The notes under the pieces were generated by a model that searched no databases, had not been told where the DNA came from, and saw only the letters and a program-made list of their open reading frames with translations. Shown here in pieces: positions 29,024 to 38,924 of a DNA stretch of 64,000 nt. The position numbers and the translations under genes were made by a program. How positions within the stretch are numbered: position 1 is the stretch's first letter; every line of letters begins with the position of its first letter. The DNA is from Clostridia bacterium (lineage in GTDB: Bacteria > Bacillota > Clostridia > TANB77 > UBA1234), in assembly GCA_017469465.1 (NCBI GenBank), contig JAFUGH010000018.1, forward strand, positions 31,149 to 95,148, given 5' to 3'.

Positions 29024-29530
29024 TTAATCTAGAATTACTAGTTTAATTTTTTTAGTTTCAGGTGATATCTTTTTCACTAGTACTTTTACAACATCACCAT
29101 ATGAAACTGATAGCTTTTTATCTTCTGCCAAACCAACTAGATTTGGCTTAAGCTCAATAAATACGCCAAACTTTTCACGATTTCTCACAATTCCTTTTAC
29201 AATTGTTTTTTCTTCTAAGCCTTTTACGTTCTCTTCCCACGTACCAAGTAAATCCTTATAGCTAAGTGATATTCTACCAGTATCTTTGTCATAACTTTTT
29301 ACTTTTGTTACAATAATATCACCAATTTTCAACATATCTGCAGGAGATTTAATTCTACATATGGAAATATCCTCGATATGTAAAAGTCCAACTATACCTT
29401 TTTGAAGCTCAATAAAAGCACCATAAGGCTGTATATTCTTTACTTTTCCCTTTACAAGCATACCCTTATGAAGTTGCTCGTAAAATCTTTTATTTTGCTC
29501 TTTTATCTCTTGTTTTATTTCGCTCGGCAT
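29024..29530 (-). CDS. Protein with two S1 RNA-binding domains
   Basis: 168 aa. Two S1 OB-folds (GMLVKGKVKNIQPYGAFIEL, IVKGIVRNREKFGVFIEL). Confidence 0.8.
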   Translation of the reverse strand: MPSEIKQEIKEQNKRFYEQLHKGMLVKGKVKNIQPYGAFIELQKGIVGLLHIEDISICRIKSPADMLKIGDIIVTKVKSYDKDTGRISLSYKDLLGTWEENVKGLEEKTIVKGIVRNREKFGVFIELKPNLVGLAEDKKLSVSYGDVVKVLVKKISPETKKIKLVILD

Positions 29531-29653
29531 GTATTTTATAATACCTCCTCATTCAACGTCCTAGTAACTTCTTTGTTACCTTATTATAGTATAACAAATA
29601 TTTGCCACTCTTACAACACCATAATTTCAAAAAAATCTTAAAGAAAAAGCATC

Positions 29654-29690
29654 AAAAAAGGACAACCATTTCAATACGAATGTTGTCCTT
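29654..29690 (-). terminator. Intrinsic terminator after rplQ
   Basis: Stem AAGGACAAC/GTTGTCCTT followed on the minus strand by UUUUUUGAUGCUUUUU. Confidence 0.75.
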
Positions 29691-29704
29691 CTTGTTTATT
29701 ATTA

Positions 29705-30229
29705 TTAAACTAATTGTAAGATAACAGCTTCAGCTGCATCTCCTCTTCTTTGTCCTAATTTTAAAATTCTAGTATATCCACCTTTTCTATCAGCGTACTT
29801 AGGAGCTATTTCATCAAATAATTTTGAAGGTAAATCAATGTTATTACCATTTTCATCTTTTACTTTGTTTAAGCCATTCATGATTTTTCTTCTAGCTGCA
29901 AGTCTTGATGGATTATCCTTTTTAACTTCAACTGTTTTTTCTTCTCTTACAACTTTATAGAATTCTTTACCATTCTTACTTGTTGCTTTTTCAGTAACTT
30001 TAGTTCCATTTTCATTTACTTTAGCTACAGAAATTTTCTTTTCAACAGTCTCGTAGTTATCTTTTTCTTTGATAGCTAAAGAAATCATGCTGTCAACTAA
30101 GCTTTTTACTTCTTTAGCTTTCGCTTCAGTCGTTTCAATTTGACCATGCAAAATAACACTTGTTGTCAAATTCTTAAGCATAGCCATTCTATGATCAGCA
30201 GTTCTTCCTAACTTTCTATTTTCTGCCAC
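29705..30229 (-). CDS. rplQ: 50S ribosomal protein L17 (long form with an internal insertion)
   Basis: 174 aa. Conserved ends (LGRTADHRMAML, GGYTRILKLGQRRGDAAE) flank a roughly 50-aa K/E-rich insert. Confidence 0.93.
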   Translation of the reverse strand: MAENRKLGRTADHRMAMLKNLTTSVILHGQIETTEAKAKEVKSLVDSMISLAIKEKDNYETVEKKISVAKVNENGTKVTEKATSKNGKEFYKVVREEKTVEVKKDNPSRLAARRKIMNGLNKVKDENGNNIDLPSKLFDEIAPKYADRKGGYTRILKLGQRRGDAAEAVILQLV

Positions 30230-30256
30230 TTTTATTTCACCCTTCCTAAATAATTT

Positions 30257-31204
30257 CTAATCTTCGCTAGGAGCAAAATCTAATCCTAAAGAATGTAATT
30301 TATTAGTAACTTCTTCAAGTGATTTTCTACCTAGATTTCTAACTTTCATCATCTCTTCTTCGGTCTTATTCGTTAAATCTTCTACATTAACAATTCCCGC
30401 TCTCTTTAAGCAGTTGTATGATCTAACACTTAAATCTAATTCTTCAATAGTTGTTTCTAAAACTTTCTCTTTCTTTGATTCTTCTTTTTCTATCATCACT
30501 TCTGTATTCTTAGTAGCTTCCGATAAATCAATAAATAGAGCTAAATGTTCATTCATAACTTTTGCTGCTAAACTTAAAGCATCATCTGGAGTAAGACTTC
30601 CGTCTGTCCATAACTCAATTGTTAGTTTATCATAATCAGTAATTTGTCCAACCCTAGTATTCTCAACATAGAAATTTACTTTTTTTACTGGAGTATAAAT
30701 AGAATCTATTGCAATAACTCCTAATGGTTGATTTTGCTTTTTATTTTTTACAGATGGATTATAACCTCTACCTCTATCAGCAGTAAGTTCCATATGTAGA
30801 CTTCCACCCTTAGCAATTGTTGCAATATGTAAATCAGGATTTAGTACTTCTACATTAGCATCTCCAACGATATCTGCAGCAGTAACTTCTCCCTCTTTAT
30901 CGACATCAATTCTTAATGATTTCTCTTCGTTATCAAAAATCTTAAGTCTAACTTGTTTAAGATTTAAGATAATTTCAACAACGTCTTCAACAATTCCTGG
31001 AATAGTCGTGAATTCGTGTTGAACGCCATCAACTTTCATACTAGTTATCGCAGCACCTGGCAATGATGATAATAATATTCTACGTAGCGAATTGCCTAAT
31101 GTAATACCATAACCTCTTTCCAATGGTTCACATACAAATTTTGCGTACATGTTATCATTGTCTAGTTTTAAACACTCGATTCTTGGCTTTTCGAATTCTA
31201 TCAT
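30257..31204 (-). CDS. rpoA: DNA-directed RNA polymerase subunit alpha
   Basis: 315 aa. NTD ([18 protein letters not shown]) and CTD ([16 protein letters not shown]). Confidence 0.97.
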   Translation of the reverse strand: MIEFEKPRIECLKLDNDNMYAKFVCEPLERGYGITLGNSLRRILLSSLPGAAITSMKVDGVQHEFTTIPGIVEDVVEIILNLKQVRLKIFDNEEKSLRIDVDKEGEVTAADIVGDANVEVLNPDLHIATIAKGGSLHMELTADRGRGYNPSVKNKKQNQPLGVIAIDSIYTPVKKVNFYVENTRVGQITDYDKLTIELWTDGSLTPDDALSLAAKVMNEHLALFIDLSEATKNTEVMIEKEESKKEKVLETTIEELDLSVRSYNCLKRAGIVNVEDLTNKTEEEMMKVRNLGRKSLEEVTNKLHSLGLDFAPSED

Positions 31205-31225
31205 TCTTTAACCTCCCTAATTTTT

Positions 31226-31250
31226 GAGAAGTGACAAGTGAGTGATGAGA
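31226..31250. repeat. Heptad-periodic GTGAG-type tract
   Basis: GAGAA GTGACAA GTGAGTG ATGAGAT on the plus strand. Shares AAGTGAGTGATGAGA with the complement of 53707..53732. Confidence 0.6.
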
Positions 31251-31328
31251 TATGAAAACTCAAACTCAATTTTCTACTTCTATCCTAATTTGTTTTCTTT
31301 TCTAACTTCTACTTTTAGTTTTCAATTT

Positions 31329-31958
31329 CTATTTAGAGTATAACTCAACAATCAAATGCTCTTGAACGTTCAAGTCAATTTCATCTCTAGAAGGAAGAGC
31401 AACTACTTTACCACTTCTATCTGAAAGATTTGATTCAAGCCATGTTGGAACTGGTCTACCATTTTCAGTTGCTTCAATGATTGATTTGAAATTTTCAGCA
31501 TTTTTACTTGCTTCTTTAACAGCAATGACATCTCCAACTTTTGTTAAATATGATGGGATATCAACCTTGTGTCCATTTACTGTGAAATGACCATGTCTAA
31601 CTAATTGTCTAGCTTGTGCTCTTGATGTTGCTAAACCTAGTCTATAAACTATATTATCAAGTCTGCTTTCCAAGATTTGAAGTAATTTCAAACCTGTAAT
31701 TTCTTTAGATCTTGCAGCTTCTTCGAAATATTTTCTAAATTGTGATTCTAAAACACCATAAAATGCTTTAGCTTTTTGTTTTTCTCTTAATTGCATACCA
31801 TATTCAGATTGTTTCTTTCTCTTTTGACCATGTTGTCCAGGGCCATAAGCTCTTCTTGTTATAGCACATTTATCAGTATAACATCTTGAACCTTTAAGAA
31901 ACAATTTTTCGCCTTCTCTACGGCAAACACGGCATGACTCATCTATATATCTTGCCAT
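31329..31958 (-). CDS. rpsD: 30S ribosomal protein S4
   Basis: 209 aa. N-terminal Cys cluster and S4 domain. Confidence 0.96.
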   Translation of the reverse strand: MARYIDESCRVCRREGEKLFLKGSRCYTDKCAITRRAYGPGQHGQKRKKQSEYGMQLREKQKAKAFYGVLESQFRKYFEEAARSKEITGLKLLQILESRLDNIVYRLGLATSRAQARQLVRHGHFTVNGHKVDIPSYLTKVGDVIAVKEASKNAENFKSIIEATENGRPVPTWLESNLSDRSGKVVALPSRDEIDLNVQEHLIVELYSK

Positions 31959-31987
31959 TTATTTATTCATTCCTTTCTTAATCAAAA

Positions 31988-32386
31988 TTAAACTCTTCTT
32001 CTCTTAGGTGGTCTACAACCATTGTGAGGAATTGGAGTAACATCTTTAATCATACTGATTTCAAGACCTGCTGTTTGAAGTGCACGAATGGCAGCTTCTC
32101 TACCTGCACCTGGTCCTTTAACATAAACTTCAACTGTTTTTAAACCATGTTCCATTGCTGCTTTAGCCGCTGTTTCAGCTGCTGATTGCGAAGCAAATGG
32201 TGTGCTTTTTCTTGAACCTTTAAAACCAAGTCCACCTGAACTTGCCCAAGAAATTGCATTACCTTGAACATCTGTAATTGTAACAATCGTATTATTGAAA
32301 CTAGAGTGAATATGAGCTTGACCTTTTTCAATATTTTTACGCTCTCTTCTCTTTCTAGTTGTAACTTTTTTAACTTGTTTAGCCAT
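31988..32386 (-). CDS. rpsK: 30S ribosomal protein S11
   Basis: 132 aa, conserved S11 sequence. Confidence 0.97.
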   Translation of the reverse strand: MAKQVKKVTTRKRRERKNIEKGQAHIHSSFNNTIVTITDVQGNAISWASSGGLGFKGSRKSTPFASQSAAETAAKAAMEHGLKTVEVYVKGPGAGREAAIRALQTAGLEISMIKDVTPIPHNGCRPPKRRRV

Positions 32387-32402
32387 TATTATTCACCCTC
32401 CT

Positions 32403-32771
32403 TTACTTCTTCTTATTAGCTACTAGCTTCCTTGGGCCTTTTCTTGTTCTAGCATTTGTTTTTGTTCTTTGACCTCTAACTGGTAAGCCTTTTCTATGTC
32501 TTAAGCCTCTGTAACAACCTATTTCCATTAATCTTTTAATGTTTAAAGCTGTTTCTCTTCTTAAGTCGCCTTCTACTTTGTAACCTTTATCTATTACTTC
32601 TCTTATTTTTATAACTTCGTCTTCCGTTAAATCTTTTACTCTAGTGTCTGGATTAACTCCAGCTTCTGCTAAAATTTTGTTTGAACTAGTTCTTCCAATA
32701 CCATAGACATAAGTTAGTCCTATTTCAACTCTCTTTTCTCTAGGTATATCAACTCCTGCTATACGAGCCAT
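32403..32771 (-). CDS. rpsM: 30S ribosomal protein S13
   Basis: 122 aa. [10 protein letters not shown] signature. Confidence 0.97.
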   Translation of the reverse strand: MARIAGVDIPREKRVEIGLTYVYGIGRTSSNKILAEAGVNPDTRVKDLTEDEVIKIREVIDKGYKVEGDLRRETALNIKRLMEIGCYRGLRHRKGLPVRGQRTKTNARTRKGPRKLVANKKK

Positions 32772-32802
32772 TTAAAAAATACACCTCCATTTATTAGTAC
32801 GC

Positions 32803-32842
32803 TAGAAATTAGAGGCTAGCTATTTATAAACTCTAATCTCTA
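32803..32842. repeat. Hairpin built from TAGA heptads
   Basis: TAGAAATTAGAG (32803..32814) pairs with CTCTAATCTCTA (32831..32842), 11/12 complementary. Same word family as 43710..43819. Confidence 0.65.
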
Positions 32843-32956
32843 TATTCTGCTTTGCTAGAAAATTGGTGACGCAACTTTCTAGATATATATAAACACATTG
32901 AAGAAACTCTTTCGACAGAGCAGCCGCACTCCAATATGTTTTATACAAAATAATCT

Positions 32957-33017
32957 CGTAGCTGAGCACAACGTGCTCCATAACACTTTTCTATGGCGCA
33001 CAGTGTGCGCCGCTACG
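32957..33017. repeat. Family-A tail-to-tail doublet
   Basis: CGTAGC-TGAGCACAACGTGCTCC-AT-(11 nt)-AT-GGCGCACAGTGTGCGCC-GCTACG, 9 nt from the rpmJ stop. Confidence 0.85.
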
Positions 33018-33026
33018 CATGATAAA

Positions 33027-33140
33027 TTAGCCTTGACGTTGTTTATGCTTAGGGTTTTCGCATATAACTCTTACTACGCCTTTTCTTTTGATAACTTTGC
33101 ATTTGTCGCAAATCTTCTTCGCTGATGGTCTTACTTTCAC
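33027..33140 (-). CDS. rpmJ: 50S ribosomal protein L36 (C+ form), 37 aa
   Basis: Translated by hand: (GTG)[48 protein letters not shown] 7 nt upstream. Confidence 0.9.
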   Translation of the reverse strand: MKVRPSAKKICDKCKVIKRKGVVRVICENPKHKQRQG

Positions 33141-33199
33141 TTTCTTTCCCTCCTTAAAATTACCAGTTTTTATATAATCCTCTTTCGAGGTTGCCGCGC

Positions 33200-33418
33200 T
33201 TATTTAGCTCTCCAAATAATACGTCCTCTATTTAAATCATATGGTGATAATTCAAGTTTTACTTTATCTCCTGGCAAAATTCTAATGAAATTCATTCTTA
33301 GCTTTCCAGAAATATGAGCATGCAATTTATGTCCATTTTCTAATTCCACTATAAATTCTGCATTAGGCAAAGCCTCGGTAACAGTACCGTCTACTTCAAT
33401 AATATCTTCTTTAGACAT
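33200..33418 (-). CDS. infA: Translation initiation factor IF-1
   Basis: 72 aa, conserved S1-like fold sequence. Confidence 0.97.
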   Translation of the reverse strand: MSKEDIIEVDGTVTEALPNAEFIVELENGHKLHAHISGKLRMNFIRILPGDKVKLELSPYDLNRGRIIWRAK

Positions 33419-33540
33419 CTTTTACCTCCACTATATATATATGGCTTTTTCCATTTCATGAGTCAACAAGCCATTTTCTAACTCATTTATTATACAAACA
33501 TTTTATAAAAAAGTCAACTAATAAACATAAAAAATTTGCA

Positions 33541-33579
33541 AAAAAAATACCGCCAAGCATTTTGGGCGGTATTTTTTTT
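33541..33579 (-). terminator. Bidirectional intrinsic terminator after the 348-aa ORF
   Basis: Stem ATACCGCC/GGCGGTAT flanked by a 7-nt A-run and an 8-nt T-run. Confidence 0.8.
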
Positions 33580-33603
33580 GCAACAATTTTTTATTTCTGC
33601 ATA

Positions 33604-34650
33604 TTATCCAAAAAATTCAGGTAATTCTTGTGATTGTGAAATATCCTCTTTATCTTTTTGTTTTTCCTGCTCTTTCGCTTTCATCTTTTCATGTTCTGAC
33701 TGAGTAAAGTAACGAATGGTATCAGGAGTTTCGAAGACATAAAGGTCAGCTTCATCGAAAATCTCTTTGTTATTGGTACTTTTGGCTTTATCTAATATTC
33801 GATTAGAAATCCATACTGCTTTTTCTTTCTTTTCTTTATCCTGTTCTCTTACCACAGACACTCCAATACCATGTTTTAATGTTTTTGTAATATAGGCGAA
33901 TTCTTCATATTTAGCAAGAACTTCTTCTCCATTCATCCCAAGTTGTTCTATTCTCTGCTTCTCAGTATCATTTTCTATAGCCCTCGTTTGTTCCTCCACT
34001 ACTTCTTTAGCTTCTTCTATTTCTCGTCTAAGATCTTCAAATTGGTAATAAAAGCCATCATTCATATTCATTGCTCTTTGTCTATATTTATTAACAATAC
34101 TAGCCACCATTTCCGATAGTCCTGTATCTTTCATACTTTTTTCAATTTTTTCAACGGCATCATATAAATCTTCTTCTACATTTCTCATAAATGCAGAAGT
34201 CTCTTCATAAGAAAAACTGCTCTTATTTTTTATTTCTGACACAATATTTTGTTTGTCTTCTTTACTATCTCCATATTCCAATTGTGAATCATCAATTTGT
34301 TGTTCCATTATTCTAGTTTGTCTTTCTCTCGTATCGTATCTTTCCCTTGAATCTCTTTCATAACGATTTAGTCTTTCTAATACTGCTTCTCTAATTCCCT
34401 CTACTCTTTTTGTTCCAACAATTTGGGCTAATTTGTCAAAGAAGTATTCGCTTTCAATTCCTGTAATGCCATTTCTTAATTCTTCTAGCATTTTTCCTTC
34501 CAGTGTTTGTTCATATTGGGAATCAGGTTCCATGTCATATATTTCTTCCATATTGATAATTCCACTAATATCTACTCCCATAGTTGAAAACGTAGAAAGT
34601 TGTTTTGCCTTTTCAGAAAAGCTTTTTTTACTCAAAAAAATCACCCTCAT
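33604..34650 (-). CDS. Hypothetical acidic coiled-coil protein, 348 aa
   Basis: Long intact ORF, E/K/R-rich. The start is uncertain: ATG at 34650 has no RBS, while TTG at 34635 follows GAGGG. Confidence 0.6.
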   Translation of the reverse strand: MRVIFLSKKSFSEKAKQLSTFSTMGVDISGIINMEEIYDMEPDSQYEQTLEGKMLEELRNGITGIESEYFFDKLAQIVGTKRVEGIREAVLERLNRYERDSRERYDTRERQTRIMEQQIDDSQLEYGDSKEDKQNIVSEIKNKSSFSYEETSAFMRNVEEDLYDAVEKIEKSMKDTGLSEMVASIVNKYRQRAMNMNDGFYYQFEDLRREIEEAKEVVEEQTRAIENDTEKQRIEQLGMNGEEVLAKYEEFAYITKTLKHGIGVSVVREQDKEKKEKAVWISNRILDKAKSTNNKEIFDEADLYVFETPDTIRYFTQSEHEKMKAKEQEKQKDKEDISQSQELPEFFG

Positions 34651-34700
34651 TTGTATAAATTTATATATTTCTTTAAATCATGCACAAAAAGGAAAAACTA

Positions 34701-35465
34701 CTAATCCAACTTTGTTAGAATTTCTGCCCCGGTTTCTGTTATAACAATTGTATTTTCATAATGTGCCGACAATCCACCATCCGCTGTTACTATCGTCCAT
34801 CCATCATCTAGTTCATCCACATGATAAGTACCTTCGTTTATCATGGGTTCTACAGCAATTGTCATACCAGCTTCTAATCGTGGTCCTCTGCCAGGCTTAC
34901 CATAGTTAGGTACTCCTGGATCTTCATGCATTTCTGTACCTATTCCATGCCCTTGAAATTCTCTAACAACTGAAAAGCCATTACGTTCAACACATTCTTG
35001 AATTGCACTAGATATATCCGATATTCTATTACCTGGTTTTGCTTTTTTTAATCCAGCATAAAAACTTTCTTCTGCTACTCTCACTAATTTTTCAGCAACT
35101 TTGCTTCCATTACCAACCACATAGCATCTCGTTGCATCTCCAAAGTATCCGTTTTTATCGCAAACCAAATCAACACATACAATATCTCCATCTTGTAGTT
35201 TTCTAGAACTTGGTATTCCATGAATTACCTCATCATTTACTGATATGCAACTTGCTGCTGGAAATGGGTTTCTTGAGCCCTTTGGATATCCTTTACAAGA
35301 TGGATTAGCTCCATTATCTTTAAATACTTTTTCAACTATATCATCTAGTTCTTTTGTTGTAACACCAACTCTAATTGCTTTAGAAACTTCTTCGTGAGCT
35401 AGCGCAACAATCCTTGAAGCTTCGCGCATTTTTTCAATTTCTTTTTTTGATTTTATTGTAATCAT
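34701..35465 (-). CDS. map: Type I methionine aminopeptidase
   Basis: 254 aa, with conserved metal-ligand blocks. Confidence 0.95.
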   Translation of the reverse strand: MITIKSKKEIEKMREASRIVALAHEEVSKAIRVGVTTKELDDIVEKVFKDNGANPSCKGYPKGSRNPFPAASCISVNDEVIHGIPSSRKLQDGDIVCVDLVCDKNGYFGDATRCYVVGNGSKVAEKLVRVAEESFYAGLKKAKPGNRISDISSAIQECVERNGFSVVREFQGHGIGTEMHEDPGVPNYGKPGRGPRLEAGMTIAVEPMINEGTYHVDELDDGWTIVTADGGLSAHYENTIVITETGAEILTKLD

Positions 35466-35510
35466 AATTTCATCTCTTTCTTTTTTAGATGCACTCTACT
35501 ATGTACGCCA

Positions 35511-36161
35511 TTACAATACTGCTTTTACAAGTGCTACTGTATCTTCAAACTTTTCTTGTCCAATAACAGTTGCTAAAATTCCCTTTTCCGTATAATACTT
35601 AATAAGTGGCTCTGTTTGTTCGTGATAAACATGAAGTCTATTCCTTACAGTTTCCTCATTGTCATCTTTTCTAGTAAATAATTTGCTTCCACATTTATCG
35701 CATACTCCATCAACTTTTGGAGGATTGTAAACCAAATGATAAATCTCTTTGCATTCTGGATTTTCACATGTTCTTCTATTAATTGCTCTTACCATTATTT
35801 CTTCATCTGGAACATGCAAGTTAATTACTTTATCTATGCTTATTCCTTTCTCATTTAAGTATTCATCAAGTGCTTCTGCTTGTGAAAGTGTTCTTGGAAA
35901 GCCATCTAATAAAAATCCTCTTTCCTTACAATCATTTTCTTCTAATCTATTTTTTAATAAATCAATTACCAATTCATCTGGAACTAATTCACCTTTGTCA
36001 ATAAAACTTTTTGCCTTAATACCAAGCTTGGTCTCCTCTGCTATATTTTTTCTTAAAATATCACCTGTTGAAATGTGTGGAACATTGTAATCTTCCTTAA
36101 TCCATTTGCATTGTGAACCTTTACCGCTTCCTGGTGCTCCAAGTATTATTAATCTTATCAT
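35511..36161 (-). CDS. adk: Adenylate kinase (zinc-lid form)
   Basis: 216 aa. P-loop GAPGSGKGSQ and a lid with CxxC...CxxC. Confidence 0.96.
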   Translation of the reverse strand: MIRLIILGAPGSGKGSQCKWIKEDYNVPHISTGDILRKNIAEETKLGIKAKSFIDKGELVPDELVIDLLKNRLEENDCKERGFLLDGFPRTLSQAEALDEYLNEKGISIDKVINLHVPDEEIMVRAINRRTCENPECKEIYHLVYNPPKVDGVCDKCGSKLFTRKDDNEETVRNRLHVYHEQTEPLIKYYTEKGILATVIGQEKFEDTVALVKAVL

Positions 36162-36199
36162 AATTTACCTCCCATATTTCCTTTTTTTCTACTGCTTTA

Positions 36200-36228
36200 T
36201 TATACCAATTTTACCGTAATATTGCAAT
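36200..36228 (-). promoter_or_regulatory. Sigma-70-type promoter for adk-map
   Basis: On the minus strand: TTGCAA, 17-nt spacer, TGgTATAAT (extended -10), immediately downstream of a terminator. Confidence 0.6.
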
Positions 36229-36230
36229 AA

Positions 36231-36270
36231 AAAAAATGGAAATCTAGCAATCAAAGATTGCTGATTTCCA
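36231..36270 (-). terminator. Intrinsic terminator ending the secY-to-222-aa-ORF transcript
   Basis: Stem GGAAATC(T)AGCAATC aaa GATTGCTGATTTCC followed on the minus strand by an 8-nt U-run. Confidence 0.7.
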
Positions 36271-36274
36271 TATG

Positions 36275-36401
36275 TGAAGCTTTGCTTCACTGTTTAATGA
36301 TATTTTTCTTGAATAATAGGAAAGAATTTATGTAATAATTTTTGCTTGTATCGCTTGCTACTCGCAAGCTACAAACAAAAATTTCTATAACTTTCCTATT
36401 G
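36275..36401. repeat. Hairpin string related to 7877..7944
   Basis: GTGAAGCTTTGCTTCAC, then a long imperfect hairpin from AATAGGAAAG to CTTTCCTATT. Shares TATAACTTTCCTAT with 7931..7944. Confidence 0.6.
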
Positions 36402-36462
36402 TATAAAAAAGTAAGCTACACTTCGTTTTTCTCTTTCATAAAAATGTCATGCTCTTCATGAA

Positions 36463-37131
36463 TTATTTAATTGCATATTTATCATAAATCAACTTTGCTC
36501 TATTAAGTACATCTCCAATAAACTCTTCTTTTACATCAATATTTTCTTCATATGCCTCTACCACACTGATACCTGCTCCATTATTAAAATAATATTTACA
36601 TGAGCCACCAACAGTTGTTGAAACACTTTCATATAAAATTAAATTTCCATTTTCATCGTAATAATAAACCATGTTTTCAATAAAGTCTGTATCTGGAATT
36701 ATCTCAATAAAATTTGGTTTTACATTAATGGTAACGGATAGTTCATTGATTTTAAAATATTTCATAAAATCTTTTGCTAAATCACTAACCAAATCTATCG
36801 AAAGATTTTCACGGAAATTATTGATTTCTGCTTCCCCACTGACTATCATCTGAACTTGTTCGTCTATTTTTTTGATTTTCTCTTCTTTTGAAACGAATGA
36901 TCCATTATCCCCCGAGTCTTCTTTTAAAGATTCATTTTGTTCTCCTGATTTTATATCTATTATTTCTCCAATAATCTCGCCGGAATTTTCTTCTATCATT
37001 ACTTCACTAGCTACATCATTATCTAATGTCTCATCCTCTACTTTTGTTCCATTCATTAGTAAAAAACCACATGTAAAACCAATTACTGCAACCACTAAAA
37101 TTGTTATAATAAGTTTCATAAAAGATTTCAT
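36463..37131 (-). CDS. Hypothetical membrane-anchored protein, 222 aa
   Basis: N-terminal TM helix, acidic linker and a beta-rich C-terminal domain. Its AGGAG RBS overlaps the end of the upstream ORF. Confidence 0.7.
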   Translation of the reverse strand: MKSFMKLIITILVVAVIGFTCGFLLMNGTKVEDETLDNDVASEVMIEENSGEIIGEIIDIKSGEQNESLKEDSGDNGSFVSKEEKIKKIDEQVQMIVSGEAEINNFRENLSIDLVSDLAKDFMKYFKINELSVTINVKPNFIEIIPDTDFIENMVYYYDENGNLILYESVSTTVGGSCKYYFNNGAGISVVEAYEENIDVKEEFIGDVLNRAKLIYDKYAIK

Positions 37132-37143
37132 AAAAATCAGCTC

Positions 37144-37629
37144 CTATTTCTTTATAAATATTTTTTTAATTTTAAGCCATAATCTGAAAATGAAAGATTT
37201 TTCTTTAACTTTAACTGGCAAATTTACTGCTTCCTTCTTTGAAATATCATTTAGATTGTTTGGGGTAACATTATTTCTTTGCGGTACTTCTGAAAAATTA
37301 TCTGATTCATTTCCATTTGATTTAAAAATATGATACTTTTCTTGAAATCGCCTTTCATTTTCCGTCAATGTCTGCATAACTCTATTTTTTTCTTCTTCTG
37401 ATTGGCACCAATAATTCATTTTCAGAATCGCAAGTATGACACGTGTTTCATATACAACATTTTGATCCTTGATAGACCTATTAGGATTAATCTTTACCTC
37501 ATAATTATCTAATCTAGCGTCATAAAACATACGTCTAAATTTAAGTGGCACTTTCTCCACATATTCTTTTGGTAAATATTTTAAAATTTCATCAACTTCT
37601 GTACATGCTCTTCGCATCACTTTTGTCAT
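37144..37629 (-). CDS. Hypothetical protein, 161 aa
   Basis: ATG with a GGAGG RBS. Conserved-looking N-terminal half (EILKYLPKEYVEKVP...YW) and a basic amphipathic C-terminus. Confidence 0.7.
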   Translation of the reverse strand: MTKVMRRACTEVDEILKYLPKEYVEKVPLKFRRMFYDARLDNYEVKINPNRSIKDQNVVYETRVILAILKMNYWCQSEEEKNRVMQTLTENERRFQEKYHIFKSNGNESDNFSEVPQRNNVTPNNLNDISKKEAVNLPVKVKEKSFIFRLWLKIKKIFIKK

Positions 37630-37666
37630 TTGTATACCTCCATATATTTCACTATATTATTTTTCA

Positions 37667-38887
37667 CTAGAATGCCAAGTGTTTTGTCAGCCATTCAATT
37701 CTTGCTTGTCGTAATTTTTCATTAATTTTTTGCGTAGATAAATTTTCAAGATTAATTGTATTTCCATTGACTTCTTCAAGCATTTGCCTTCCAAGTTTAT
37801 GAAACTCAATTTTTTTATTTCTAATTTTATCACAATTTGCAATTATTTCCAAGCCTTCTAGCCCTAATATTGTTTTAGCATTTTTTACAATAAAATCTAC
37901 CTTTTTAGCAACTCTAATTTCATCAAACATACCTGCTTTCATATGTTCATTAGAGGATGTTAGTCCAACTTTTTCATATTTTCTAGGCATTTTTAATCTT
38001 TTGCAAAAAGCTTTAATATAAGTATCGCCCTGCTTTTCATGCTGAAAATGATGCGGAAGCATCTCTTTGGGAGTTGCAATCTTTCCAAAATCGTGTACTA
38101 AAGCAGAAAATCGAATTAATTCATCATTACTTTCTAGCGCACATCTATCTACTACTTCCATAGTGTGGTTATAAACATCCCCTTCTGGTTGATACTTTAA
38201 TGGTTGGGAAATTCCAATCATTTCAAATATTTCTTTAAAATGTATATCTAAGCAATTGCACTGTCTTAAAACCTTAAAAAAAATAGAGGGAGTCTTTGAA
38301 AGTAATGCTTTTCTAAATTCTATAAAAACTCTTTCAGCAGATAAACTGGATAATTCGTTTTTTAAAGAGCTCATTAATGAGAGTGTTCCATCATCAACCT
38401 CAAAATTTAGTTGTGCAGCGAAACGAGCAACTCTATATACCCTTAACGGATCTTCTATAAATGCTTCACTAGTTGCACGAAGAATTCTATTTTTAATATC
38501 TTCCTTTCCACAAAAAGGATCTATTTCTTCACCTGTTAAAACATCTATCGCAATGCTATTAACCGTGATATCTCTTCTAATTAAATCATCTTCAATCCTT
38601 AGGGATTTATCCGTTTCAACAATAAATCCATTATGTCCTTCTCTTATTTTTCTTTCTTTCCTTGCAAGAGCAATTTCTATTCCTTCTACATCAAAAACAG
38701 GGAAATCTTTTCCGCGCAAAAAAGCGCAAGGGAATAAACTTCTAAACTCATTTTCAGATATTCCTGTTATACAATAATCATAATCTTTTGGTTCTATCCC
38801 TAAAATAATATCTCTTACTGCTCCTCCCACTAAGTACATTCGACCTTTATGTTTTGCAATCAAATTTGCAATTTCTTTCACATCCAT
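37667..38887 (-). CDS. cca: CCA-adding tRNA nucleotidyltransferase with HD domain
   Basis: 406 aa. Head motifs GGAVRD and RRDITVNS, then an HD-type region (HDFGK). Confidence 0.8.
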   Translation of the reverse strand: MDVKEIANLIAKHKGRMYLVGGAVRDIILGIEPKDYDYCITGISENEFRSLFPCAFLRGKDFPVFDVEGIEIALARKERKIREGHNGFIVETDKSLRIEDDLIRRDITVNSIAIDVLTGEEIDPFCGKEDIKNRILRATSEAFIEDPLRVYRVARFAAQLNFEVDDGTLSLMSSLKNELSSLSAERVFIEFRKALLSKTPSIFFKVLRQCNCLDIHFKEIFEMIGISQPLKYQPEGDVYNHTMEVVDRCALESNDELIRFSALVHDFGKIATPKEMLPHHFQHEKQGDTYIKAFCKRLKMPRKYEKVGLTSSNEHMKAGMFDEIRVAKKVDFIVKNAKTILGLEGLEIIANCDKIRNKKIEFHKLGRQMLEEVNGNTINLENLSTQKINEKLRQARIEWLTKHLAF

Positions 38888-38924
38888 TGAAATTCACACT
38901 CTTTCACTATGATATCCCTAGTGT

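Noticed and set aside
32898-33125. 75-aa plus-strand ORF
   Set aside because: It covers the family-A doublet and is antisense to the hand-identified rpmJ (L36) gene.
37667-38887. The CCA-adding enzyme as part of a tRNA-repair or anti-phage module with its unknown neighbours
   Set aside because: cca is a housekeeping gene in many Bacillota. No nuclease, ligase, kinase/phosphatase or toxin-like partner can be recognised, so the idea has no sequence support beyond adjacency.
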